From IMG/VR virus record IMGVR_UViG_2561511241_000003: DNA of 37,150 nt; one strand, given 5' to 3'. Positions 17,870 through 27,441 of the stretch are shown here, one piece after another. Below the pieces are notes generated by a model that made no database searches, was not told the DNA's origin, and was given only the letters and a program-made list of their open reading frames with translations. The translations under genes were made by a program, and so were the position numbers. Position 1 is the first letter of the stretch, and every line of letters begins with the position of its first letter. Origin of the DNA: a virus. Its lineage: Duplodnaviria > Heunggongvirae > Uroviricota > Caudoviricetes.

Positions 17870-18204
17870 TCGTCCTTCTCCTTCACCCTGCGATTAAAGG
17901 CCGCAATAACCTTGTCGCGTGCTTTCTCTGCACCCATAAACCCGATTGATGCGCCGATAAACGTCACGGCATCTTCAGGAAACCCGAAGAAGCGCAACGA
18001 CCCGGCCACGGCCATGGCAAGAACGCCGCACGCCAGCGATCCCGTTACGGTCTGAACCAGTGTTCGTCCGTCATAAAGACTCATCAGCGCGGAAATGCTG
18101 ACCGCCGCGCCTACTGCATACACCGTTGGCAGGTGGTCAAAGAGCCACGCAATAACCTGCTCTGTGATCCCTGTTTGAATGGTGCTCACTGCTACTCCCC
18201 CCAC
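17866..18204 (-). CDS. holin
   Basis: 112 aa with three hydrophobic segments and a charged C-terminal tail (EKARDKVIAAFNRRVKEKDE). Sits between X and the endolysin. Confidence 0.6.
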   Translation of the reverse strand: MGGVAVSTIQTGITEQVIAWLFDHLPTVYAVGAAVSISALMSLYDGRTLVQTVTGSLACGVLAMAVAGSLRFFGFPEDAVTFIGASIGFMGAEKARDKVIAAFNRRVKEKDE

Positions 18205-18392
18205 AACTGAATCATTTCTCGTTTCTTCTTCTCCGGCTCCGGCATCTCAACTTCCTGCCCGGCGTCCAGAAATACCTGCTGACAGAGTCCGGGGTTGGCA
18301 TCCAGCACCTTTTCGGTGACGCCCTGCGTCGTGCCGTAGTACCGGAAACAGAGCGAATCCACGGTGTCGCCTTCCAGTGCCTTCACTTTCAT
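18192..18392 (-). CDS. X: tail protein X (LysM-like)
   Basis: Track ORF 18192..18425. Likely start is MKVKALEGDTVDSLCFRYYG, which resembles the P2 gpX N-terminus and overlaps the L stop. Confidence 0.8.
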   Translation of the reverse strand: MKVKALEGDTVDSLCFRYYGTTQGVTEKVLDANPGLCQQVFLDAGQEVEMPEPEKKKREMIQLWGE

Positions 18393-18895
18393 CAGCACAA
18401 CTCCGCAAAGATTCGCGGGCGGCACAGAATGTCAGAGATGGCCCAGCTCACATCACGCCACAAATCCGATGTCTGTATATCCAGAGCGTCCGCCCGGCGG
18501 TCGCCCTTGTCCGTTGTGTCCGCATCACGGTAACGCTCCAGAATCAGGGCGCGCGTTGCGGTATAAACAGCATTGCGCCAGTGCCAGAGATTGACGCTTT
18601 CTCCGTTAATTACGGGTGCCGGAACATCGGCCAGCGTCTGATGGCCAGCTGCCTGCTGTTCCTGCTGCCATGCTTCCAGCTCGCGGGTAACGTGTGCCAC
18701 AGCCCCGGTGGCAGTATGCAGCAGGCGGGAGGTGGTCACGCGGCCCGGCAGTCGTACCGCCAGACGCAGCTCGCGCAGCACAATATCCGGCCAGAATGCA
18801 CCCGCTGAAATGCGGGTATCGCCATCATCGGTATCGGTGATGTCGTCCTCTGCGGGTCTGGGTTCAGTTCTGGCAACCATACTCATGGGGTTCAC
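18392..18895 (-). CDS. L: head completion/stabilisation protein L
   Basis: 167 aa, size and position of P2 gpL. Confidence 0.85.
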   Translation of the reverse strand: MNPMSMVARTEPRPAEDDITDTDDGDTRISAGAFWPDIVLRELRLAVRLPGRVTTSRLLHTATGAVAHVTRELEAWQQEQQAAGHQTLADVPAPVINGESVNLWHWRNAVYTATRALILERYRDADTTDKGDRRADALDIQTSDLWRDVSWAISDILCRPRIFAELC

Positions 18896-18988
18896 TCCTG
18901 AAAAAAATCGGGCGGTGGGTGCGCGGTGTAAACGGTCACGGAGTCAAACCGGAACACCGCGCACGCCGCCCGCTGACGGGGTCAGTCG

Positions 18989-19789
18989 TTAACCGCGCTT
19001 CGCCTTCTGCGTCGCGGTGGTTTTTCGTGTTGCAGGCTTCCGCGTTGTCTTTTTACTTTTGCTGCTTTCGTCCTGCGCCTGCTGTGCGCTGGCGTCTTCT
19101 GGTTCGGCTGCGGAATCGGCTTTTTTCAGGGCGCGGGAAAGGGTTGCAATCTCGCGTTTCACACCTGCGTTCGGGTTCAGGTGCATCGCTTCGCGCAGCA
19201 GCTTCAGTGATAAGGCCATGTTGTCTGCATCGGTCAGACCACGATGGGCAAAGGCGCACGCCTTGCATAATTTGGCGCGCACTTCGTCCGGCATGTCCTG
19301 GTCGGTGACAATCTCCCGGAGGGTATCCAGTGGTTCGATAAAGGCGGACAAATCCGCGTCGGCATCCGTCCCGGCCTGCGTCAGTACCGGGTTGCAGATT
19401 TCTTCGGTCAGTACCGTGGCAGCAGTACGGCCAAAGTTATCCGGCATGATGAGGTTGTGACGGACCACATATGCACCAATACGCAGCGCCAGCGGAAGAT
19501 CGCCGCAGTCAATCGCCCACACCATCAGCGTGGCAATCACTTCATCCTGCTGCCCGCCGTCAGCCTCCAGCGTTCCCTCAATCCAGCCGGAAAAGTCCGG
19601 CAACAACTCTTTTTTGATGGCGGCTTTCGCGCTTCTGGCCTGTACGCCCTTAAGCCGGGCCTGTGCCAGACGCAGACGATACAGCACCTCTTCATGCGCG
19701 GTACGCGCGGCGTGGTCCACGCCTTCTTTCGCCCGGCCTGCGCGCTGTGCCATCACGTTCTGCCAGTGTTGCTGTGCAGGAGTAATCAT
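18989..19789 (-). CDS. M: terminase endonuclease (small) subunit M
   Basis: 266 aa with basic C-terminal tail, between N and L as in P2. Confidence 0.85.
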   Translation of the reverse strand: MITPAQQHWQNVMAQRAGRAKEGVDHAARTAHEEVLYRLRLAQARLKGVQARSAKAAIKKELLPDFSGWIEGTLEADGGQQDEVIATLMVWAIDCGDLPLALRIGAYVVRHNLIMPDNFGRTAATVLTEEICNPVLTQAGTDADADLSAFIEPLDTLREIVTDQDMPDEVRAKLCKACAFAHRGLTDADNMALSLKLLREAMHLNPNAGVKREIATLSRALKKADSAAEPEDASAQQAQDESSKSKKTTRKPATRKTTATQKAKRG

Positions 19790-19834
19790 TTTTTCTCTCC
19801 GTTACAGGCGGGCATGATGCCCGCCGTGAGTTGA

Positions 19835-20887
19835 TTAGCTGTCGGCGAACTTCAGGCCAGTGACCATCGCGCACTTGCCATAGTCTTCAACGACATAAGC
19901 GTCATTGATGGACTGGTAGGTGGCGATGCGGTTGTATTCCGGCTCGTCTTTCATCAGGCGACGCATTGTTCCTTTCTGCCAGTAAATCGACAGGTTGTTG
20001 AACGAGGTGATCAGCATCGTTGAATCCGGGAAGAACGGCGCAAGGAATACATCCAGTCCGCCAATGGCGCGCGATGACAGGATGAGCTGTCCGGCAAGTA
20101 ATTCCGCATTGGGATTCTGGCCGCTGATGCTGTTCAGCACGGGCAGACGCAGCGAGTTAAACAGGTTGCGCCCCATGATCACCACGAGGTCGTCAGCTTC
20201 CTTGTGCCATTCATCCAGCAGGGATGAGCGCGCGTCCTGTACCAGTGCATCAGCGTTCGCATACTTACCCGCGTGCGCCACGGTGTTGTCCATGTTGCGG
20301 GAGGTCAGCGTCACGTCATTCATTACGCGCTCGCTGGCGTCGGTTCTGATGTGCTCCAGCCATCCCACGTTAACGTCCTGAAGCAGCTTGTTGGTGCTGA
20401 AGTTGGACTCATCTGCGTGAGACGTGCCGTTGAAACCGATCATGATGCGGTCAAGCGCCACCTGCCGGGCAATCTGTGTGCTGACGCGTGACTGAAAATC
20501 AGGGTGTGCCGCCCAGGCATCAAGCTGCGGATACGAAATAAACGTGTCGTAGTTCACCTGTTCGCACTGATATTTGCGGTTTTTCAGATCAACCACGTTA
20601 TTCGGGTTACGGCGTTTTGTGCCGTCATAACTGGTATTCGTGCGCGCAATCGGCCCGGTGGTGTCCAGGAGGATTTTTTCGCCTTTCTGGTCGGTCACAC
20701 CGAACACGTTAATTTTTTTTGTAAATTCAGTGCTCTCCTTTACTGCGTTTTCAAAACGCTGCTGCACCGAGGGTTCCACGGTAAATCGCGATACCAGTGC
20801 AGATACCGGGATGTTGTTAAGCGACGCCTGCTGCGCCATATAGCAACCCAGCTTGTTGCGGGTAATATCTGACATCACCAGATTCAT
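19835..20887 (-). CDS. N: major capsid protein N
   Basis: 350 aa, size and position of P2 gpN. Confidence 0.9.
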   Translation of the reverse strand: MNLVMSDITRNKLGCYMAQQASLNNIPVSALVSRFTVEPSVQQRFENAVKESTEFTKKINVFGVTDQKGEKILLDTTGPIARTNTSYDGTKRRNPNNVVDLKNRKYQCEQVNYDTFISYPQLDAWAAHPDFQSRVSTQIARQVALDRIMIGFNGTSHADESNFSTNKLLQDVNVGWLEHIRTDASERVMNDVTLTSRNMDNTVAHAGKYANADALVQDARSSLLDEWHKEADDLVVIMGRNLFNSLRLPVLNSISGQNPNAELLAGQLILSSRAIGGLDVFLAPFFPDSTMLITSFNNLSIYWQKGTMRRLMKDEPEYNRIATYQSINDAYVVEDYGKCAMVTGLKFADS

Positions 20888-20910
20888 AAAAAATTTGCTC
20901 CTTTGTCTTA

Positions 20911-21780
20911 TCAGAAGTCAGCCAGCTGGTCGGAGGCTGCGCCCGTTGCGGTGAAGCGGTTCTGCGGATCGCCGTCCTGCGTGCGCAGTTTTTCCTTCAG
21001 TGCTGCCAGCTCTGTGGTCAGTGACGTGATTTTCTGGCGGTCCTGCTGATGGCGGGTTTCCAGCACATTAAAACGGTCGATAATGTCGGCCTGTGACGTT
21101 GCGACGCCTTCCACCGCTTCCTGAATACGGGAGAAACTGGCGTCATCCGCTTTGCGGCCACGACCAATAATCCCCATTACGCGGTTAAACCACTGGGTGC
21201 CTTCTTCCTGGCGTTGTTCTGCCATTTCGACGATTTCAGACTCGATGGCTTCGGAAATGAGCGGTGCCTCACCCTGGATACTGTTGAACGTCATCACCGC
21301 CTGACGCTGCTGTGCCGTGAATTTCAGGCGCTCAGTGCCCAGGCTTGCCGGGGTGTCGGTCATCGCCAGCCCGACCAGATAGGCGCGCCCGTTAACGGAG
21401 AACTGCGGGTGCAGTTCGATACTGGAATAGATTTTCTTGCCGTCAGCGACAAGCTGCTTCATGCGCTCGGTCGGTTCGATTTCTGCATACAACGCAGTAC
21501 GTCCGGCCAGCGGGCCTTCCGTAATATCTTCCGTACTCAGTGCGGTGACATCGCCCATTGCGGAAAATTCGCTTGACGGGCATGGCGAGAGATAGTGCTC
21601 AACGTTCACGCGGGCAGCGTAAACATCCGGGTTGAAGTTCTCGGCGGCTTCACGCAGATGTACCGGGCTGATTTCACGGCCATCAACAGTTGATCCGGAG
21701 ACAGCCACGCGAAACTTTTTGCGGGATGTCTTTTTTTCATTAGCCATAGTTTTTGCCCCTCTGACTGGTTCTTCAGTCAT
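20911..21780 (-). CDS. O: capsid scaffolding protein O
   Basis: 289 aa, first gene of the leftward head operon, divergent from P. Confidence 0.88.
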   Translation of the reverse strand: MTEEPVRGAKTMANEKKTSRKKFRVAVSGSTVDGREISPVHLREAAENFNPDVYAARVNVEHYLSPCPSSEFSAMGDVTALSTEDITEGPLAGRTALYAEIEPTERMKQLVADGKKIYSSIELHPQFSVNGRAYLVGLAMTDTPASLGTERLKFTAQQRQAVMTFNSIQGEAPLISEAIESEIVEMAEQRQEEGTQWFNRVMGIIGRGRKADDASFSRIQEAVEGVATSQADIIDRFNVLETRHQQDRQKITSLTTELAALKEKLRTQDGDPQNRFTATGAASDQLADF

Positions 21781-21901
21781 GATGGCAAAGCGTAACAGGC
21801 TGATACAAAGGGCTTTTGTTGTAAGAAAACAGCCAGAACAGGGGGTTAAGGAGAACGGTTTCGCGCGCGGGTAATCTTCCTGTAATTACTCAGGGGGAGC
21901 A
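21781..21901. promoter_or_regulatory. divergent late promoter region between O and P
   Basis: 121-bp intergenic region between divergent head operons. I could not pin down a clean Ogr-type TGT-N12-ACA dyad, so assigned by position only. Confidence 0.35.
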
Positions 21902-23653
21902 ATGATTCAGGACGCTTTTGTGCGCCAGCGTGCGCGGCAACTTTACTGGCAGGGTTATCCGCCCGCAGAAATATCACGTCTGATGGGAATAAACCCGAAC
22001 ACGATTTATGCGTGGAAAAAACGCGACCAGTGGGATGAAACGCCACCTGTGCAGCGTGTCACGCAGTCCATCGATGCGCGCCTCATCCAGCTTACTGAAA
22101 AACAGAATAAAACAGGCGGTGACTTTAAGGAAATAGACCTGCTGACCCGGCAGCTTAAAAAGCTGCATGATGGCCAGCCGGATGTGATGGCCGCAGGAAA
22201 GAAAGGCCGGGCGAAAAAACTCAAAAATCATTTCACGCCGGAACAGATTGCCGCACTGCGGGAAAAAATCATCAGCAGGCTGGAGTGGCATCAGCGGGGC
22301 TGGTTTGACTCCCTGACCCTTTGCAGGGAAGCAGGGATACGTAACAGGATGATCCTGAAATCCCGACAGATTGGGGCGACCTGGTATTTTGCACAGGAAG
22401 CTCTGCTGATGGCGCTGCGTGACGATGTGGCGCAACCTTACCAGCGTAACCAGATTTTTTTGTCTGCGTCGCGTCGTCAGGCGTTCCAGTTTAAAAGCAT
22501 TATTCAGAAGGCCGCGGCTGAAGTTGATGTGGAGCTGAAAGGGGGCGATAAAATCATCCTCTCCAACGGCGCAGAGCTGCATTTTCTCGGCACTTCTGCT
22601 GCGTCGGCACAGTCCTATACGGGCAATTTTTATTTTGATGAATTCTTCTGGGTCTGTCGCTTTGCTGAACTGCGCAAGGTGGCTGGCGCTATGGCAACCC
22701 TCAGCGGACTGCGGCGCACCTACTTCTCCACGCCATCCACCGAAACGCACGAGGCATACGCCTACTGGAACGGCGACCGCTGGAACGAGAAAAAGGCCAC
22801 GCATAAACGCCAGCGTTTTTCTGTGGACTGGAAAACGCTGCATAACGGGCTTATCTGCCCTGACCGGACGTGGCGGCAAATTGTCACGCTGGAAGATGTG
22901 GTTAATCACGGCTGGAAACACACCGATATTGATGAAATTCGTGATGAAAACACCGAAGACGAGTTCCTCAATCTTTATATGTGTGAGTTTGTCCGCGAAG
23001 GGGAATCGGCATTTAACCTGAATATCCTGATTGGCTGTGGTGTTGACGGATACGACGACTGGAAAGACTGGAAACCTTTTGCTCCCCGCCCGATGGGGAA
23101 TCGTCCGGTATGGATTGGGTATGACGCAAACGGCAGCAGTGGCAACGGCGACAGCGGCGCTGTGTCCGTGGTGGTTCCTCCGGCTGTTCCTGGTGGCCGT
23201 TTTCGAACGGTGGAGACGCGACGCGTTCAGGGGCTGGAGATTGAAGAACAGGCCAGAGTCATTGAAGAGTTCACGTGTCGCTACAACGTGGAACACATCG
23301 GCATTGATGTGACAGGCGGGAACGGGGAGGCTGTTTATCAGATAGTGAAACGGTTTTTCCCTGCTGCTATTCCGTACACCTTCACGCTGTCATCAAAACG
23401 GTCGCTGGTACTGAAAATGCTGCAAATAATGCGCGCCGGGCGGTGGGAATACGATCGCGCCGAACGCGAGCTGGTCGCAGCCTTTAACGCCGTGCGTAAG
23501 GTGAAAACACCGGGCGGCTTTATCACTTACGAAACGGACCGCGCGAGGGGGATCAGCCACGGCGACCTTGCGTGGGCAACCATGCTTGCTGTCATTAACG
23601 AACCGATTGGCGGCGAAGGAGAAAACGAGCGTTTCACGGTTATGGAGTTCTGA
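21902..23653 (+). CDS. P: terminase ATPase (large) subunit P
   Basis: 583 aa, size and position of P2 gpP. Confidence 0.9.
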   Translation: MIQDAFVRQRARQLYWQGYPPAEISRLMGINPNTIYAWKKRDQWDETPPVQRVTQSIDARLIQLTEKQNKTGGDFKEIDLLTRQLKKLHDGQPDVMAAGKKGRAKKLKNHFTPEQIAALREKIISRLEWHQRGWFDSLTLCREAGIRNRMILKSRQIGATWYFAQEALLMALRDDVAQPYQRNQIFLSASRRQAFQFKSIIQKAAAEVDVELKGGDKIILSNGAELHFLGTSAASAQSYTGNFYFDEFFWVCRFAELRKVAGAMATLSGLRRTYFSTPSTETHEAYAYWNGDRWNEKKATHKRQRFSVDWKTLHNGLICPDRTWRQIVTLEDVVNHGWKHTDIDEIRDENTEDEFLNLYMCEFVREGESAFNLNILIGCGVDGYDDWKDWKPFAPRPMGNRPVWIGYDANGSSGNGDSGAVSVVVPPAVPGGRFRTVETRRVQGLEIEEQARVIEEFTCRYNVEHIGIDVTGGNGEAVYQIVKRFFPAAIPYTFTLSSKRSLVLKMLQIMRAGRWEYDRAERELVAAFNAVRKVKTPGGFITYETDRARGISHGDLAWATMLAVINEPIGGEGENERFTVMEF

Positions 23654-24699
23654 TGAGCAGAAAAAATAAAAAAGTGCGCATGAGTTCACGCATTGATCTC
23701 GCTGATGCGCTCAGGAAAGAATCGTCGCTCAGTGCATTCACATTTGATGGGCCTTATCGCCTGATCGGGCATGACCTGCTGGATAATATGTACTGTGCTG
23801 ATAACGGGCGGTGGTATGAAACCCCGGTGGACTGGTACGGCCTGGCAAGAGCTGCCCGGCAAACGTCCTGGCATCAGTCTGCGCTTTACTTTAAGCGCAA
23901 TGTATTACTCGGTTGCTACATCCCGCACCCGCTGCTTTCCCGGCAGGATTTCTCGGCGCTGGCGCTGGACTGGTTTGTGTTCGGTAACGCATTCCTTGAG
24001 CTTCGAAGCAATATGCTCGGCGAACCGCTTAAATTACGGCACGCCCTGGCGAAATACATGCGACGCGGAAGCGATCTTGAATCATGGTGGTATGTGCAGG
24101 ATGGCAAGGACGCGTTCCAGTTTCGCCCTGGCAAAGTGTGCCACCTGATGAATCCGGATATTAACCAGGAAATCTACGGCATGCCGGAATATCTTGGCGC
24201 ATTACTCTCGGCCAGCCTTTCTCATTCGGCGGACATGTTCAGAAAACTGTACTACGACAACGGATCCCACGCCGGGTGCATCATCTACATCGGTGCAGCG
24301 CAGGTAAACCGCGAAAGCATGGACTCCCTGAAAGAAACGCTACAGGGGGCACGTGGTGGTGGTGCGTTTAAAAACGTGCTCATTCATGCGCCCAACGGGG
24401 GCAAAGAGGGGGTGCAAATTTTGCCGTTCCAGCAGATCACCGCAAAAGATGAGTTCATGAATGTTAAGGCGGCATCCCGTGATGATGTGCTGGCTGCGCA
24501 CCGCGTTCCGCCGCAACTGATGGGGGCGATGCCGGGCGAAAAAAGTGCGTTTGGTGATGTGGAGAAGGCCGCGCGGGTTTACGCAATTAACGAGCTGATG
24601 CCCGTCATGGAGGCCATGAAGCACATCAATGACTGGCTTGGCGAAGAGGTGATCCGCTTTAACCCTTACGCACTGTTAGACACCCAGCCCACATCCTGA
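23653..24699 (+). CDS. Q: portal protein Q
   Basis: 348 aa, translationally coupled to P (ATGA overlap). Size and position match P2 gpQ. Confidence 0.9.
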   Translation: MSRKNKKVRMSSRIDLADALRKESSLSAFTFDGPYRLIGHDLLDNMYCADNGRWYETPVDWYGLARAARQTSWHQSALYFKRNVLLGCYIPHPLLSRQDFSALALDWFVFGNAFLELRSNMLGEPLKLRHALAKYMRRGSDLESWWYVQDGKDAFQFRPGKVCHLMNPDINQEIYGMPEYLGALLSASLSHSADMFRKLYYDNGSHAGCIIYIGAAQVNRESMDSLKETLQGARGGGAFKNVLIHAPNGGKEGVQILPFQQITAKDEFMNVKAASRDDVLAAHRVPPQLMGAMPGEKSAFGDVEKAARVYAINELMPVMEAMKHINDWLGEEVIRFNPYALLDTQPTS

Positions 24700-24725
24700 C
24701 GCGCTTCGCTTGTCTGCTGCTTCGC

Positions 24726-24748
24726 CGGGGCATAAAAAATTTATGCCC
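24726..24748. other. perfect hairpin GGGGCATAAA-AAA-TTTATGCCCC downstream of Q
   Basis: 10-bp stem with no clear U-tract. Could be a terminator or part of the packaging region. Confidence 0.3.
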
Positions 24749-24919
24749 CGACTCTCCAGCTCCTGTATCAATCAGATAATTTCACGACGCCTTCCAGCTT
24801 ATTGCCATCATCGACGGTCAGGCTCTTACGCAATCCCATCGCGCTGACTGCATGTTCTCGCCGCCTCAGTGCGATTTTGACGGCCTTATCTGTCACCCCA
24901 TCAAATCAAAAGCCCTCAC

Positions 24920-25155
24920 GTCTTTTTCACGCTCAGCGTGAGAAATACAGCCATTCTGTTGTGTCGCTGCGACATCGTTCAGGGGATGCTATTTACCCCC
25001 TGAAACGCGGGCTGTTCCCCCGTCACCTGCGCGCAGAAAAAACGCGTTTTTTTGTGCATGCACGGATCCTTGACGGATCCAGCCGCCACGCGGGCCGGAA
25101 GGGTAAAAAGTTGTTCAAAAAAATTGTGCAAATTTGTGCGCTTTTGTGCAAAGAA
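24920..25155. other. candidate cos/packaging region
   Basis: Non-coding stretch just past Q, dense in palindromes and phased repeats. Includes a G-rich stretch near 25008-25030 (bottom strand GGTGACGGGGGAACAGCCC) that loosely resembles the P2 cohesive end as I recall it. Confidence 0.3.
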
Positions 25156-25179
25156 ATGCCCCTCAAATTGAGGGGCATT
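25156..25179 (-). terminator. rho-independent terminator of the ATPase-subtilase operon
   Basis: ATGCCCCTCA-AATT-TGAGGGGCAT hairpin followed on the minus strand by TTCTTTG, 14 bp downstream of the subtilase stop. Confidence 0.5.
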
Positions 25180-25192
25180 ATGTCTTGAAGGA

Positions 25193-27418
25193 TTACGAAC
25201 GAATAGGAATTGATGTTTGCGGTTGAATTGGCACGAGCACCTGATTATAAGTACGTAAAATTTCGTTATACAGGTCTTGGTGCTTTGATGCCTTAATGGT
25301 AATTATAAGAGCATACTTGATTTTTTCTGCCTTATGGCTGGCTATGCTTGCACCGGCCTCACGAGCGTTATAATGAATGTCAAATACAGGATTTTTTAGA
25401 GTTGAACCTAGCATGTTCTTCGAATTATGTAAGACGGTCTCCCATTTGCCCATGTCAGAACGTCGCTCACTTTCAGTTGAATATTTGGCCAGTTCAAAGA
25501 ATCCCTTGGTTTCAGCATTTTGTTTTCCGTCTTTGATTTTTGAATCATTTGGCCGGAATGTCACTTCCAAACCAGCTTTTGTATAGGAAGCTGGGTCTTG
25601 TGGATCAGTGGTTGTTGCATAACAGAAAGTTGCCGCTAAGTTTATTCTACCTTTCAAGCCACCTTCAGGTATTGGAAGAGGAGCGCGTAAGTATTTTCCT
25701 GGTTTCAATTCACCTTGGTAGACGATACGGGCAACACCATCAGGGCTGACTATAATGTCGTTCAAGTCTTCAGGAAGTTTTCCCCAGCCAACTTCTGTAC
25801 AAGGATGATCAAGCTGTTTTGACGCATGAATTAACAAAGCTTTGATTGCTAGTAGGCTCAAATCGTTCCCTAAAATTGCCCGAACACCAACAGCTGCTCG
25901 TAAGGCGTAAGGAGAGGCAAAGCTTGTTCCTAGCTGGGGTATGATTACAGGCTTCTTACCTTTACCTAAAACATGAAAGTACTCGTCTGTGTCACCACCA
26001 AACGCAACTAAATCCGGTTTCATCACGCCAGGACTTCTGCCTGGCCCAATGGCGCTATATGGTGCTCGTTTCCATTCCGTATCATTAACTGTATCACAAG
26101 CACCAACAGCAAGAGCATTAACGCAATCGGCTGGTACTTGAATTCTTGCATTACCAGACTTGCGATCCATTTCTCCATTGTTGCCAACAGCAACAGTCAT
26201 TAATGTTTCACCATCACTTAACAAATCATCAATAACGGAAGTCCATGCATGAACTTCCGTATCTTCAATTGGTAGGTCTGGACCTAAACTTAGATTGATA
26301 AACTGATACTGGCGAGACAACAATACCTCTTCAATAAAGCCCAAAGTTCGATATAGTTCCAGCGGATCTTCTTGGCAGGTCTTGTTGTCCAAAACTCTTA
26401 AGTTATCAATATAAGAGTATGGTCTTTTCGCTTCCGATTTATTACTTATTGGTCCAAATAAAAAGGCTGAAGACACAGCTAAACCATGCTCTAAACCGTC
26501 TGGATCATCCTCTGCATGATCGTCCAAAACTCTATAGGATTTTAACCATGGCGATATAGCGTGCTCTGATGGTAAACCACCATCAAGAATCGCAACTTTT
26601 ATTTCTGAAGATACGGGGCCCTCAGCAGGCAATTTACACTGAGCTAAAGGACCGTAGTTCCTTTGTATTGGTCTAATCCCACGCAATCTTGGAACCGGTC
26701 TTATTACTCGTACAAATGTAAATTTCGCAAGCTTACTAATAGTAATTCTATCGGCCTGGATTGGCACGAACCATAATGTACCAGCGGTAAAAGCTAATGA
26801 AGTATGTACTTTGATGTTCAAATTTGATGCAAACTGAACAAATTGTTGCTGAACCAAGTCTTGTTCATTATCTGGCAGTAAATGAACACCAACCTCAAAA
26901 TACGAAGAATCCTGCTCACCAATGGTAATAATACGCTCTTCGGGTAAATAGGCATCGAACCGTTCTATGCGTGCAAAATCAATCGCTTCGTCAGAAAACT
27001 CTTTGAGTCCTGACACCCAATGAGGTAACTCTTTGAAGGATTCTCTTTTACCAGCAACAAACATTTGTGTCGTAGTTACTTCTGACACAGTAACTTTTCG
27101 CTTCCAGCTTTGAGGCGTAATTTTTACCGTCCTGCTGCCAATAGACGTTAACCCGGTAGACTTAAGCATTTTTGCAGGAAAAAAAGAGCGTGCAATATAG
27201 CTCGGATTCAACGTCAACTTAGCCACAGCATAATCATAAGGACATGCCTGACTGGGTAAATCATCAAAATTTTCTATAGTAGATGCAATTTGCGGCAATA
27301 AACGTTGTTTCGATTCGTAAAGAGAATAAACCTCAGCTTTTCCGGGCACTCTTTTAGGACCAGGAATATCGCTGGTTAATAATTCGCCGCGTCCAATCAG
27401 AAAATTAGTTTTCGCCAT
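25193..27418 (-). CDS. cytoplasmic S8 subtilase-like serine protease with unassigned N- and C-terminal regions (741 aa)
   Basis: Catalytic motifs in canonical order: Asp279 (KVAILDGG), His311 (EHGLAVSS), Asn413/414 (VGNNGE), Ser499 (GTSFASP). No signal peptide or propeptide. Residues 1-270 and 540-741 carry no motif I recognise. AT-rich codon usage. Confidence 0.85.
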   Translation of the reverse strand: MAKTNFLIGRGELLTSDIPGPKRVPGKAEVYSLYESKQRLLPQIASTIENFDDLPSQACPYDYAVAKLTLNPSYIARSFFPAKMLKSTGLTSIGSRTVKITPQSWKRKVTVSEVTTTQMFVAGKRESFKELPHWVSGLKEFSDEAIDFARIERFDAYLPEERIITIGEQDSSYFEVGVHLLPDNEQDLVQQQFVQFASNLNIKVHTSLAFTAGTLWFVPIQADRITISKLAKFTFVRVIRPVPRLRGIRPIQRNYGPLAQCKLPAEGPVSSEIKVAILDGGLPSEHAISPWLKSYRVLDDHAEDDPDGLEHGLAVSSAFLFGPISNKSEAKRPYSYIDNLRVLDNKTCQEDPLELYRTLGFIEEVLLSRQYQFINLSLGPDLPIEDTEVHAWTSVIDDLLSDGETLMTVAVGNNGEMDRKSGNARIQVPADCVNALAVGACDTVNDTEWKRAPYSAIGPGRSPGVMKPDLVAFGGDTDEYFHVLGKGKKPVIIPQLGTSFASPYALRAAVGVRAILGNDLSLLAIKALLIHASKQLDHPCTEVGWGKLPEDLNDIIVSPDGVARIVYQGELKPGKYLRAPLPIPEGGLKGRINLAATFCYATTTDPQDPASYTKAGLEVTFRPNDSKIKDGKQNAETKGFFELAKYSTESERRSDMGKWETVLHNSKNMLGSTLKNPVFDIHYNAREAGASIASHKAEKIKYALIITIKASKHQDLYNEILRTYNQVLVPIQPQTSIPIRS

Positions 27419-27441
27419 ACATACTCCTTATCTATGCTGTA

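Noticed and set aside
21974-23296. 440-aa ORF on the minus strand opposite the terminase P gene
   Set aside because: Entirely antisense to a well-supported gene, with Arg/Pro/His-rich low-complexity translation. Typical spurious ORF in GC-rich DNA.
25124-25153. Short phased direct repeats considered as a possible CRISPR array
   Set aside because: Only three 7-9 bp repeats at 10-bp spacing, with no spacers of CRISPR size and no cas genes. Better explained as protein-binding repeats near cos.
24802-25188. 128-aa plus-strand ORF in the putative cos region
   Set aside because: Runs through the palindrome/repeat cluster and the operon terminator, is basic and low in complexity, and has no SD. 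Likely non-coding.
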